Below, in pieces: positions 10,401 through 25,400 of a stretch of DNA of 64,000 bases. The notes under the pieces are model-generated. The model was not told where the DNA came from, did not search any database, and saw only the letters and a list, made by a program, of their open reading frames with translations. This DNA comes from Torpedo marmorata (lineage: Eukaryota): positions 34,100,001-34,164,000 of the forward strand of contig OZ360241.1 in the NCBI GenBank assembly GCA_977017645.1. Direction: 5' to 3'. Position numbers and translations under genes: made by a program. How positions within the stretch are numbered: the first letter of the stretch is position 1; every line of letters starts with the position of its first letter.

Positions 10401-13400
10401 AGCATCTGCAGTGTTTGTGCATCTCTTCATCGGGAATCTCATCCTTGTCTCGGTGTTTCCTTCTGTACAATTATTTTGTTTCATTTCATTTACTTTCTCC
10501 AATGTGTTTGACCTGACTTCTCTGAAATTTCACTCCTCTCTTAAATGGTTGATTGCTTCAGAATTAATTATCATTTCTGGATTTACTTTCCAATCTTTAA
10601 TATAACTTTAAAATATTTCTCCATCTGCTTCCTTTACATATTTCCAAAAGTTCCTACATTAACAATTTTCATTAATAAATTCAAAATCGGATGCATGCCA
10701 CATTAATATTTACTTTCCTGCCTCCAAGGGACATTAAAAACTTCCAGCTAAGCATTTTTTTTTCATCAGACTCTGCTACTTACTCCAACTTTCTCTTTCA
10801 AATACCATACATTTAATTATTGAATGTTATTTTTAATAGATTGCAAATTTCTAGTTATAATTAAGCTTTTATATTTATTTTTGACTTTTAAGTTAACATT
10901 TTAAATTTTGGTTTAAGTTAGCGTTTAAATTCACTGGTACCATATCTCCATATCATTTATAAAGTGATCCAATTATAATAATTAGCATTACTGTAACAGC
11001 AAATTTAAATCAGGGCTCATGAAAAATAGAGAACTCCAAATGTGATAAATCTGAAATAAAAATTGAGCATGTTTAAACAGTCAACAGATCAAGTAACACA
11101 TGTGGAAAGAGAAAAGAAAGATCTTCCACCTGACATGCAATGCGAAAAAGTGCTGGAGAAACACAGCAGGTCACGCAGAATCCATATGAAGTAAAGGGTA
11201 AACAATGTTTCAGGCCTGGGCCCTTCATCAGGAATCGTTGGTTACCCGTTACTTTCTTTGGATGCTGTGTGGCCTGCTGAGTTTGCGTTCTGCACTCAAT
11301 TCCAGCATCCGCAGATTTTCTTGTTTCGCCCCAATCTTCCACCTGAAGCATTTTTCCACAGATGTTGCTGTGTTTCCAGCATTTTTGGTTTTATTATAAA
11401 ACATGGCCATATTTGAGAATATAACCAGTGTATCATAATGACATCTTTATTCCCACAATCAGTAATGATCTATCCACTAAGCCATCAGATTTTGTGCATA
11501 AAATTGTCAAATATTTAAGTTATGAAAACCATCCTTAAATAAAATCAACCACCTATGAAGTGCATGAATGTAATTAGTTAAATAATTTTCATTTTAATAT
11601 CCTCCAGTTTTTCCTATATTTCATAATTATCATAATCACCAATTCTGATGAAGTCTCCTTCACCAGAAGTGCTGTTTCTCTTCCCTCTGCTGCTGTCTGA
11701 CCTGCGAACTAAAAGAGTGCAGCATTTTCTGTTTTAGTTTTCCAGGATCTACAGTTTTATGCTCCAAATAAAATGTTCTTGTTTGGCAGTGCTACAAGCA
11801 GTCACAAGACCAAAGTGCATGCAGTCTGTACATTCAACAATACTTCTGCTGCGGAGAATGTGGATAGAGTAATGGTGTATCATCAGATCAGTAACAAGAC
11901 AAAGAACATCAGTGTTTTGGGACCCTATACTCTGGACAACAACAGCCTCCATGTAAATGGTACGAAATACCTGGTCTTTTTTTGCATTATATCCTGGAAA
12001 CCATATTGTAACCTCAGATAATATATTAATGTGTTGAATCATTTTTACTCTTATATTTCCAAATGGAATTCTTGCATTAATCAGTGATCCTTAATTCCCG
12101 ACTCCGTAATCAGCAAAAACATTTCCTATCCATTCCATGAGTCCTCCTACTGCCTTGATATGGCAATCAAATCAAACCTTGACCTTTTTGTTTGTGTAAT
12201 CTCTATCTATAAACTAACCCCAGAAGTCAGGTTTCATTCCAGTAAAAATGTGTATTTTCCCAATCAAGGTGAATATAACCCTGAATATAACTTTTGCAAG
12301 GTGTAGTTAGTGTTTTCAAAAATCTCGGCATTGTCCAACCATGGATTTGCACAATAAAGCACAACTTCTATCCCCTGTGTTCTAGTTTTCTGCGTATAAA
12401 AGTATCACTGGCCTTACCTGTTATTATCTGTTCTTGCCCATAACATTTGAAGTAGGCCGAGGTAGATGAACAACAAAACAATACTGCTGCAGAGAAGGTG
12501 GATGGAGTTACCTTGTACCATCAGTTCAGTAGCAACACAGAGAACATCATGAAATATGGATCTTATATTCTGAATGAAAATAGTCTCGACGTAGATAGTA
12601 CGAAATTTCTTATCATTCTACATATTACAGCAAAGCTTGTTCCAGAATATGTCCAGCAATGTGCCTTTCATTAAACTGTGTGCTGATTTGGTAGTGTTAC
12701 CTTCCAACTGAATCCCCTTGAATTCCACTTCCCCACTGGGAGTGCAGTGCTGCATTATTCGTGTGAAAGAAAGGGCTAGTGCAGGTTGGGAAACTTGACT
12801 TTTACAAGCAAACTGAATTAAAAACTACTGATGCCAGCTGAGAGCAACGTTCAGTATAAGCAAAGTTGCGAGAGTTTCCAATAAACAAGACTGGTACCCC
12901 GTTTACACAGAGATCCCACTTAGTTGCATGTGAACGACCCATGTTTAAAGCCAGGTCGGGTCGTACACACTTAATGAAGGAAAGCTGGGTCAGTGCGACT
13001 ATTTACATAGCAACACGGCATCCGGAGCAAAAGGAGGTGGGACCTGCAGCATTACAGCTTCGGTGTCCTGTGTGATGTATAACGTACGCGCCGGGCAGTG
13101 ACCTCGTCGCGACCTCGTTACTGCCGTTTTAAGTTTGAATCTCTCGCTGGTATGTCGTACACATTCAGCGTCATCAATGCGTCACAGCCTGCGAAATACA
13201 TCGGCTCTGATACTACCTACCTTGGCGGGTAATACACGGGATGAAAATGACCTCCAATCCCGCGTTTGTTGTGTTCACACAGGTAAGTGAAACGATTAAA
13301 AGGCAGTTAATTCCCGTCTTTTAACGGCTGTGTAAAAGGGGTATCGGTCTTAAGGAAGAAGTGTCTACATTAATTCTGTAAGACTGTTGAACATGTGAGA

Positions 13401-16400
13401 CCAGACTGATTGATCATGGTTCCTAATAAGACTGATTACATTAATCTTGTTCAAACACTGTGAAGTATGGTGAAAGACTGATTGAGTTAACCCATTGAAA
13501 AATTCATCAGACACCTCCTATTGACGAATTCATCAGACACTTCATAAGGAATGTAAAAACAATTAAACCAGCTTGTCTGCTTTCTACTGTACGATATAAA
13601 AATGAACTTGTAACTGCTGAAATTTAGAGTTGGTGGTGGTTTAGGCCACTGCAGGCTCTCCATGATATCATTTTAATAAACTCGAGGAGCGAACCTCGAT
13701 GTATATGTTTTTGAGTGAATTTGTGCAAAAATTCATTTGAGCTTTTTAACATGTGCACAAAGTCTTCTTGGTTTGATAGAATTAGTGCACCAAATGTAGA
13801 AAGTGTTTGACATCAGATTCAGGACAGCTGTAATTAATGGCATAATGCTGTTGTCTTTTCAGATTATCATGAATCAACACCTACAACCAGTGAGTATGAT
13901 TTGTGTAGCTTTCATGTATTAATGCTTCCATACTTTCATTTAAGCAGCACTCCTGATTGATGATGTATGTTGTTTCCCCTTATAGCTCCATGTGAATTGG
14001 ATTTTGCTCTCTTGTGTGTCGAACAACCATTCAGTTAGATTATAGTTTGAAAGTGCCAAACAAAGCCGCAATGCAACAAGGTTGCTAATTTCATTTTTCT
14101 TTTTGGCAGAAGTACCAAATAAAAGTGAATCTCCTGAATTTAATGTGACCTTCACTATAACAAACTTGCCCTACATGGAGTCACTTCAGAACCCGGCGAC
14201 ACCCTTGTTCCAATCAACTTCACAAACAATTACTGAACAGGTAAATAAATGATCAAAGCAATATTCATTAAAATTAATCGTCATTTAATATATTCAGCTC
14301 ATTGACATTCTCAAAATATCTTTCTTTCAGCTCACTAACCTACTTAATAACAGCGATATAAATACAACTTTTATAGACTGCAACACAATCTCCTTCAGGT
14401 GAGAAATATGCATTATCTTCCTCATTGTTCAATTAACTAATCTATCCAATAAGCGTCAGGATGGAGGGATCCATCATGTGTTCGGATCTGAAACGTTGAC
14501 TGACCACATCTCTCCATGGATGCTGCCTGACCCACGGAGTCCCTCCAGCTCCTCTTTGTTCACTCAAGATTCCAGCATCTGCAGTGTTTGTGCATCTCTT
14601 CATCGGGAATCTCATCCTTGTCTCGGTGTTTCCTTCTGTACAATTATTTTGTTTCATTTCATTTACTTTCTCCAATGTGTTTGACCTGACTTCTCTGAAA
14701 TTTCACTCCTCTCTTAAATGGTTGATTGCTTCAGAATTAATTATCATTTCTGGATTTACTTTCCAATCTTTAATATAACTTTAAAATATTTCTCCATCTG
14801 CTTCCTTTACATATTTCCAAAAGTTCCTACATTAACAATTTTCATTAATAAATTCAAAATCGGATGCATGCCACATTAATATTTACTTTCCTGCCTCCAA
14901 GGGACATTAAAAACTTCCAGCTAAGCATTTTTTTTTCATCAGACTCTGCTACTTACTCCAACTTTCTCTTTCAAATACCATACTTTTTATTATTGAATGT
15001 TATTTTTAATAGATTGCAAATTTCTAGTTATAATTAAGCTTTTATATTTATTTTTGACTTTTAAGTTAACATTTTAAATTTTGGTTTAAGTTAGCGTTTA
15101 AATTCACTGGTACCATATCTCCATATCATTTATAAAGTGATCCAATTATAATAATTAGCATTACTGTAACAGCAAATTTAAATCAGGGCTCATGAAAAAT
15201 AGAGAACTCCAAATGTGATAAATCTGAAATAAAAATTGAGCATGTTTAAACAGTCAACAGATCAAGTAACACATGTGGAAAGAGAAAAGAAAGATCTTCC
15301 ACCTGACATGCAATGCGAAAAAGTGCTGGAGAAACACAGCAGGTCACGCAGAATCCATGTGAAGTAAAGGGTAAACAATGTTTCAGGCCTGGGCCCTTCA
15401 TCAGGAATCGTTGGTTACCCGTTACTTTCTTTGGATGCTGTGTGGCCTGCTGAGTTTGCGTTCTGCACTCAATTCCAGCATCCGCAGATTTTCTTGTTTC
15501 GCCCCAATCTTCCACCTGAAGCATTTTTCCACAGATGTTGCTGTGTTTCCAGCATTTTTGGTTTTATTATAAAACATGGCCATATTTGAGAATATAACCA
15601 GTGTATCATAATGACATCTTTATTCCCACAATCAGTAATGATCTATCCACTAAGCCATCAGATTTTGTGCATAAAATTGTCAAATATTTAAGTTATGAAA
15701 ACCATCCTTAAATAAAATCAACCACCTAGAAAGTGCATGAATGTAATTAGTTAAATAATTTTCATTTTAATATCCTCCAGTTTTTCCTCTATTTCATAAT
15801 TATCATAATCACCAATTCTGATGAAGTCTCCTTCACCAGAAGTGCTGTTTCTCTTCCCTCTGCTGCTGTCTGACCTGCGAACTAAAAGAGTGCAGCATTT
15901 TCTGTTTTAGTTTTCCAGGATCTACAGTTTTATGCTCCAAATAAAATGTTCTTGTTTGGCAGTGCTACAAGCAGTCACAAGACCAAAGTGCATGCAGTCT
16001 GTACATTCAACAATACTTCTGCTGCGGAGAATGTGGATAGAGTAATGGTGTATCATCAGATCAGTAACAAGACAAAGAACATCAGTGTTTTGGGACCCTA
16101 TACTCTGGACAACAACAGCCTCCATGTAAATGGTACGAAATACCTGGTCTTTTTTTGCATTATATCCTGGAAACCATATTGTAACCTCAGATAATATATT
16201 AATGTGTTGAATCATTTTTACTCTTATATTTCCAAATGGAATTCTTGCATTAATCAGTGATCCTTAATTCCCGACTCCGTAACCAGCAAAAACATTTCCT
16301 ATCCATTCCATGAGTCCTCCTACTGCCTTGATATGGCAATCAAATCAAACCTTGACCTTTTTGTTTGTGTAATCTCTATCTATAAACTAACCCCAGAAGT

Positions 16401-19400
16401 CAGGTTTCATTCCAGTAAAAATGTGTTTTTTCCCAATCAAGGTGAATATAACCCTGAATATAACTTTTGCAAGGTGTAGTTAGTGTTTTCAAAAATCTCG
16501 GCATTGTCCAACCATGGATTTGCACAATAAAGCACAACTTCTATCCCCTGTGTTCTAGTTTTCTGCATATAAAAGTATCACTGGCCTTACCTGTTATTAT
16601 CTGTTCTTGCCCATAACATTTGAAGTAGGGCCGAGGTAGATGAACAACAAAACAATACTGCTGCAGAGAAGGTGGATGGAGTTACCTTGTACCATCAGTT
16701 CAGTAGCAACACAGAGAACATCATGAAATATGGATCTTATATTCTGAATGAAAATAGTCTCGACGTAGATAGTACGAAATTTCTTATCATTCTACATATT
16801 ACAGCAAAGCTTGTTCCAGAATATGTCCAGCAATGTGCCTTTCATTAAACTGTGTGCTGATTTGGTAGTGTTACCTTCCAACTGAATCCCCTTGAATTCC
16901 ACTTCCCCACTGGGAGTGCAGTGCTGCATTATTCGTGTGAAAGAAAGGGCTAGTGCAGGTTGGGAAACTTGCCTTTTACAAGCAAACTGAATTAAAAACT
17001 ACTGATGCCAGCTGAGAGCAACGTTCAGTATAAGCAAAGTTGCGAGAGTTTCCAATAAACAAGACTGGTACCCCGTTTACACAGAGATCCCACTTAGTTG
17101 CATGTGAACTACCCGTGTTTAAAGCCAGGTCGGGTCGTACACACTTAATGAAGGAAAGCTATTGACGAATTCATCAGACACTTCATAAGGAATGTAAAAA
17201 CAATTAAACCAGCTTGTCTGCTTTCTACTGTACAATATAAAAATGAACTTGTAACTGCTGAAATTTAGAGTTGGTGGTGGTTTAGGCCACTGCAGGCTCT
17301 CCATGATATCATTTTAATAAACTCGAGGAGCGAACCTCGATGTATATGTTTTTGAGTGAATTTGTGCAACAATTCATTTGAGCTTTTTAACATGTGCACA
17401 AAGTCTTCTTGGTTTGATAGAATTAGTGCACCAAATGTAGAAAGTGTTTGACATCAGATTCAGGACAGCTGTAATTAATGGAATAATGCTGTTGTCTTTT
17501 CAGATTATCATGAATCAACACCTACAACCAGTGAGTATGATTTGTGTTGCTTTCATGTATTAATGCTTCCATACTTTCATTTAAGCAGCAATCCTGATTG
17601 ATGATGTATGTTGTTTCCCCTTATAGCTCCATGTGAATTGGATTTTGCTCTCTTGTGTGTCGAACAACCATTCAGTTAGATTATAGTTTGAAAGTGCCAA
17701 ACAAAGCAGCAATGCAACAAGGTTGCTAATTTCATTTTTCTTTTTGGCAGAAGTACCAAATAAAAGTGAATCTCCTGAATTTAATGTGACCTTCACTATA
17801 ACAAACTTGCCCTACATGGAGTCACTTCAGAACCCGGCGACACCCTTGTTCCAATCAACTTCACAAACAATTACTGAACAGGTAAATGATCAAAGCAATA
17901 TTCATTAAAATTAATCGTCATTTAATATATTCAGCTCATTGACATTCTCAAAATATCTTTCTTTCAGCTCACTAACCTACTTAATAACAGCGATATAAAT
18001 ACAACTTTTATAGACTGCAACACAATCTCCTTCAGGTGAGAAATATGCATTATCTTCCTCATTGTTCAATTAACTAATCTATCCAATAAGCGTCAGGATG
18101 GAGGGATCCATCATGTGTTCGGATCTGAAACGTTGACTGACCACATCTCTCCATGGATGCTGCCTGACCCACGGAGTCCCTCCAGCTCCTCTTTGTTCAC
18201 TCAAGATTCCAGCATCTGCAGTGTTTGTGCATCTCTTCATCGGGAATCTCATCCTTGTTTCGGTGTTTCCTTCTGTACAATTATTTTGTTTCATTTCATT
18301 TACTTTCTCCCATGTGTTTGACCTGACTTCTCTGAAATTTCACTCCTCTCTTAAATGGTTGATTGCTTCAGAATTAATTATCATTTCTGGATTTACTTTC
18401 CAATCTTTAATATAACTTTAAAATATTTCTCCATCTGCTTCCTTTACATATTTCCAAAAGTTCCTACATTAACAATTTTCATTAATAAATTCAAAATCGG
18501 ATGCATGCCACATTAATATTTACTTTCCTGCCTCCAAGGGACATTAAAAACTTCCAGCAAAGCAATTTTTTTTCATCAGACTCTGCCACTTACTCCAACT
18601 TTCTCTTTCAAATACCATACTTTTTATTATTGAATGTTATTTTTTTTTTAAAAATATTTTATTTTAAGATTTTCAACTTTTTCACAATAATACAAAATAA
18701 TGTAAAATATACATTAAACATCAGTTAAATTCGATACATAGGAATTTCGTATTACCATGAATCTAACCCCATCTAAACCACCCTTGCTAAAACAACCCAC
18801 CCTCCACCCTTCCCATCCCTTATCCCCTCCCCGTACTAGAACTAAAATAGAAAAGAGAAGGGAAAAGAACAATTGAAAAAATATATCTGTACATATCCAT
18901 GGCTCGATGCAAGAAATTCAACAATGTTCATTCTTCAAATTTAAACTTAAAAGAGTCAGCGGGGTCTGGGATGTAGGGCAACATATTTAAATATTCATTC
19001 CTGATAATTGGATAAATGGACGCCAAATTTGTAAAAAGAGTCCATACTTATTCCTCATATTGTATGTTATTTTTTCCAATGGGATGCAACTCTGCATCTC
19101 TGAATTCCATCTACTCATACTCAGATTTGTGTCCGATTTCCAGGTCACTAATTGAATGTTATTTTTAATAGATTGCATATTTCTAGTTATAATTAAGCTT
19201 TTATATTTATTTTTGACTTTTAAGTTAACATTTTAAATTTTGGTTTAAGTTAGCGTTTAAATTCACTGGTACCATATCTCCATATCATTTATAAAGTGAT
19301 CCAATTATAATAATTAGCATTACTGTAACAGCAAATTTAAATCAGGGCTCATGAAAAATAGAGAACTCCAAATGTGATAAATCTGAAATAAAAAGTGAGC

Positions 19401-22400
19401 ATGTTTAAACAGTCAACAGATCAAGTAACACATGTGGAAAGAGAAAAGAAAGATCTTCCACCTGACATGCAATGCGAAAAAGTGCTGGAGAAACACAGCA
19501 GGTCACGCAGAATCCATGTGAAGTCAAGGGTAAACAATGTTTCAGGCCTGGGCCCTTCATCAGGAATCGTTGGTTACCCGTTACTTTCTTTGGATGCTGT
19601 GTGGCCTGCTGAGTTTGCGTTCTGCACTCAATTCCAGCATCAGCAGATTTTCTTGTTTAGCCCCAATCTTCCACCTGAAGCATTTTTCCACAGATGTTGC
19701 TGTGTTTCCAGCATTTTTGGTTTTATTATAAAACATGGCCATATTTGAGAATATAACCAGTGTATCATAATGACATCTTTATTCCCACAATCAGTAATGA
19801 TCTATCCACTAAGCCATCAGATTTTGTGCATAAAATTGTCAAATATTTAAGTTATGAGAACCATCCTTAAATAAAATCAACCACCTATGAAGTGCATGAA
19901 TGTAGTAAGTTAAATAATTTTCATTTTAATATCCTCCAGTTTTTCCTCTATTTCATAATTATCATAATCACCAATTCTGATGAAGTCTCCTTCACCAGAA
20001 GTGCTGTTTCTCTTCCCTCTGCTGCTGTCTGACCTGCGAACTAAAAGAGTGCAGCATTTTCTGTTTTAGTTTTCCAGGATCTACAGTTTTATGCTCCAAA
20101 TAAAATGTTCTTGTTTGGCAGTGCTACAAGCAGTCACAAGACCAAAGTGCATGCAGTCTGTACATTCAACAATACTTCTGCTGCGGAGAATTTGGATAGA
20201 GTAATGGTGTATCATCAGATCAGTAACAAGACAAAGAACATCAGTGTTTTGGGACCCTATACTCTGGACAACAACAGCCTCCATGTAAATGGTACGAAAT
20301 ACCTGGTCTTTTTTTGCATTATATCCTGGAAACCATATTGTAACCTCAGATAATATATTAATGTGTTGAATCATTTTTACTCTTATATTTCCAAATGGAA
20401 TTCTTGCATTAATCAGTGATCCTTAATTCCCGACTCCGTAACCAGCAAAAACATTTCCTATCCATTCCATGAGTCCTCCTACTGCCTTGAAATGGCAATC
20501 AAATCAAACCTTGACCTTTTTGTTTGTGTAATCTCTATCTATAAACTAACCCCAGAAGTCAGGTTTCATTCCAGTAAAAATGTGTTTTTTCCCAATCAAG
20601 GTGAATATAACCCTGAATATAACTTTTGCAAGGTGCAGTTAGTGTTTTCAAAAATCTCTGCATTGTCCAACCATGGATTTGCACAATAAAGCACAACTTC
20701 TATCCCCTGTGTTCTAGTTTTCTGCATATAAAAGTATCACTGGCCTTACCTCTTATTATCTGTTCTTGCCCATAACATTTGAAGTAGGGCCGAGGTAGAT
20801 GAACAACAAAACAATACTGCTGCAGAGAAGGTGGATGGAGTTACCTTGTACCATCAGTTCAGTAGCAACACAGAGAACATCATGAAATATGGATCTTATA
20901 TTCTGAATGAAAATAGTCTCGACGAAGATAGTACGAAATTTCTTATCATTCTACATATTACAGCAAAGCTTGTTCCAGAATATGTCCAGCAATGTGCCTT
21001 TCATTAAACTGTGTGCTGATTTGGTAGTGTTACCTTCCAACTGAATCCCCTTGAATTCCACTTCCCCACTGGGAGTGCAGTGCTGCATTATTCGTGTGAC
21101 AGAAAGGGCTAGTGCAGGTTGGGAAACTTGACTTTTACAAGCAAACTGAATTAAAAACTACTGATGCCAGCTGAGAGCAACGTTCAGTATAAGCAAAGTT
21201 GCGAGAGTTTCCAATAAACAAGACTGGTACCCCGTTTACACAGAGATCCCACTTAGTTGCATGTGAACGACCCATGTTTAAAGCCAGGTCGGGTCGTACA
21301 CACTTAATGAAGGAAAGCTATTGACGAATTCATCAGACACTTCATAAGGAATGTAAAAACAATTAAACCAGCTTGTCTGCTTTCTACTGTACAATATAAA
21401 AATGAACTTGTAACTGCTGAAATTTAGAGTTGGTGGTGGTTTAGGCCACTGCAGGCTCTCCATGATATCATTTTAATAAACTCGAGGAGCGAACCTCGAT
21501 GTATATGTTTTTGAGTGAATTTGTGCAACAATTCATTTGAGCTTTTTAACATGTGCACAAAGTCTTCTTGGTTTGATAGAATTAGTGCACCAAATGTAGA
21601 AAGTGTTTGACATCAGATTCAGGACAGCTGTAATTAATGGCATAATGCTGTTGTCTTTTCAGATTATCATGAATCAACACCTACAACCAGTGAGTATGAT
21701 TTGTGTTGCTTTCATGTATTAATGCTTCCATACTTTCATTTAAGCAGCACTCCTGATTGATGATGTATGTTGTTTCCCCTTATAGCTCCATGTGAATTGG
21801 ATTTTGCTCTCTTGTGTGTCGAACAACCACTCAGTTAGATTATAGTTTGAAAGTGCCAAACAAAGCCGCAATGCAACAAGGTTGCTAATTTCATTTTTCT
21901 TTTTGGCAGAAGTACCAAATAAAAGTGAATCTCCTGAATTTAATGTGACCTTCACTATAACAAACTTGCCCTACATGGAGTCACTTCAGAACCCGGCGAC
22001 ACCCTTGTTCCAATCAACTTCACAAACAATTACTGAACAGGTAAATAAATGATCAAAGCAATATTCATTAAAATTAATCGTCATTTAATATATTCAGCTC
22101 ATTGACATTCTCAAAATATCTTTCTTTCAGCTCACTAACCTACTTAATAACAGCGATATAAATACAACTTTTATAGACTGCAACACAATCTCCTTCAGGT
22201 GAGAAATATGCATTATCTTCCTCATTGTTCAATTAACTAATCTATCCAATAAGCGTCAGGATGGAGGGATCCATCATGTGTTCGGTTCTGAAACGTTGAC
22301 TGACCACATCTCTCCATGGATGCTGCCTGACCCACGGAGTCCCTCCAGCTCCTCTTTGTTCACTCAAGATTCCAGCATCTGCAGTGTTTGTGCATCTCTT

Positions 22401-25400
22401 CATCGGGAATCTCATCCTTGTCTCGGTGTTTCCTTCTGTACAATTATTTTGTTTCATTTCATTTACTTTCTCCAATGTGTTTGACCTGACTTCTCTGAAA
22501 TTTCACTCCTCTCTTAAATGGTTGATTGCTTCAGAATTAATTATCATTTCTGGATTTACTTTCCAATCTTTAATATAACTTTAAAATATTTCTCCATCTG
22601 CTTCCTTTACATATTTCCAAAAGTTCCTACATTAACAATTTTCATTAATAAATTCAAAATCGGATGCATGCCACATTATTATTTACTTTCCTGCCTCCAA
22701 GGGACATTAAAAACTTCCAGCTAAGCATTTTTTTTTCATCAGACTCTGCTACTTACTCCAACTTTCTCTTTCAAATACCATACTTTTTATTATTGAATGT
22801 TATTTTTAATAGATTGGAAATTTCTAGTTATAATTAAGCTTTTATATTTATTTTTGACTTTTAAGTTAACATTTTAAATTTTGGTTTAAGTTAGCGTTTA
22901 AATTCACTGGTACCATATCTCCATATCATTTATAAAGTGATCCAATTATAATAATTAGCATTACTGTAACAGCAAATTTAAATCAGGGCTCATGAAAAAT
23001 AGAGAACTCCAAATGTGATAAATCTGAAATAAAAATTGAGCATGTTTAAACAGTCAACAGATCAAGTAACACATGTGGAAAGAGAAAAGAAAGATCTTCC
23101 ACCTAACATGCAATGCGAAAAAGTGCTGGAGAAACACAGCAGGTCACGCAGAATCCATGTGAAGTAAAGTGTAAACAATGTTTCAGGCCTGGGCCCTTCA
23201 TCAGGAATCGTTGGTTACCCGTTACTTTCTTTGGATGCTGTGTGGCCTGCTGAGTTTGCGTTCTGCACTCAATTCCAGCATCCGCAGATTTTCTTGTTTC
23301 GCCCCAATCTTCCACCTGAAGCATTTTTCCACAGATGTTGCTGTGTTTCCAGCATTTTTGGTTTTATTATAAAACATGGCCATATTTGAGAATATAACCA
23401 GTGTATCATAATGACATCTTTATTCCCACAATCAGTAATGATCTATCCACTAAGCCATCAGATTTTGTGCATTAAATTGTCAAATATTTAAGTTTTGAAA
23501 ACCATCCTTAAATAAAATCAACCACCTAGAAAGTGCATGAATGTAATTAGTTAAATAATTTTCATTTTAATATCCTCCAGTTTTTCCTCTATTTCATAAT
23601 TATCATAATCACCAATTCTGATGAAGTCTCCTTCACCAGAAGTGCTGTTTCTCTTCCCTCTGCTGCTGTCTGACCTGCGAACTAAAAGAGTGCAGCATTT
23701 TCTGTTTTAGTTTTCCAGGATCTACAGTTTTATGCTCCAAATAAAATGTTCTTGTTTGGCAGTGCTACAAGCAGTCACAAGACCAAAGTGCATGCAGTCT
23801 GTACATTCAACAATACTTCTGCTGCGGAGAATGTGGATAGAGTAATGGTGTATCATCAGATCAGTAACAAGACAAAGAACATCAGTGTTTTGGGACCCTA
23901 TACTCTGGACAACAACAGCCTCCATGTAAATGGTACGAAATACCTGGTCTTTTTTTGCATTATATCCTGGAAACCATATTGTAACCTCAGATAATATATT
24001 AATGTGTTGAATCATTTTTACTCTTATATTTCCAAATGGAATTCTTGCATTAATCAGTGATCCTTAATTCCAGACTCCGTAACCAGCAAAAACATATCCT
24101 ATCCATTCCATGAGTCCTCCTACTGCCTTGATATGGCAATCAAATCAAACCTTGACCTTTTTGTTTGTGTAATCTCTATCTATAAACTAACCCCAGAAGT
24201 CAGGTTTCATTCCAGTAAAAATGTGTTTTTTCCCAATCAAGGTGAATATAACCCTGAATATAACTTTTGCAAGGTGTAGTTAGTGTTTTCAAAAATCTCG
24301 GCATTGTCCAACCATGGATTTGCACAATAAAGCACAACTTCTATCCCCTGTGTTCTAGTTTTCTGCATATAAAAGTATCACTGGCCTTACCTCTTATTAT
24401 CTGTTCTTGCCCATAACATTTGAAGTAGGCCGAGGTAGATGAACAACAAAACAATACTGCTGCAGAGAAGGTGGATGGAGTTACCTTGTACCATCAGTTC
24501 AGTAGCAACACAGAGAACATCATGAAATATGGATCTTATATTCTGAATGAAAATAGTCTCGACGAAGATAGTACGAAATTTCTTATCATTCTACATATTA
24601 CAGCAAAGCTTGTTCCAGAATATGTCCAGCAATGTGCCTTTCATTAAACTGTGTGCTGATTTGGTAGTGTTACCTTCCAACTGAATCCCCTTGAATTCCA
24701 CTTCCCCACTGGGAGTGCAGTGCTGCATTATTCGTGTGAAAGAAAGGGCTAGTGCAGGTTGGGAAACTTGACTTTTACAAGCAAACTGAATTAAAAACTA
24801 CTGATGCCAACTGAGAGCAACGTTCAGTATAAGCAAAGTTGCGAGAGTTTCCAATAAACAAGACTGGTACCCCGTTTACACAGAGATCCCACTTAGTTGC
24901 ATGTGAACGACCCATGTTTAAAGCCAGGTCGGGTCGTACACACTTAATGAAGGAAAGCTATTGACGAATTCATCAGACACTTCATAAGGAATGTAAAAAC
25001 AATTAAACCAGCTTGTCTGCTTTCTACTGTACAATATAAAAATGAACTTGTAACTGCTGAAATTTAGAGTTGGTGGTGGTTTAGGCCACTGCAGGCTCTC
25101 CATGATATCATTTTAATAAACTCGAGGAGCGAACCTCGATGTATATGTTTTTGAGTGAATTTGTGCAACAATTCATTTGAGCTTTTTAACATGTGCACAA
25201 AGTCTTCTTGGTTTGATAGAATTAGTGCACCAAATGTAGAAAGTGTTTGACATCAGATTCAGGACAGCTGTAATTAATGGCATAATGCTGTTGTCTTTTC
25301 AGATTATCATGAATCAACACCTACAACCAGTGAGTATGATTTGTGTTGCTTTCATGTATTAATGCTTCCATACTTTCATTTAAGCAGCACTCCTGATTGA

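Noticed and set aside
18987-19178. 63-aa minus-strand ORF as a standalone gene
   Set aside because: Its start lies in host intron/TSD sequence; the remainder is the truncated L1 ORF2 tail.
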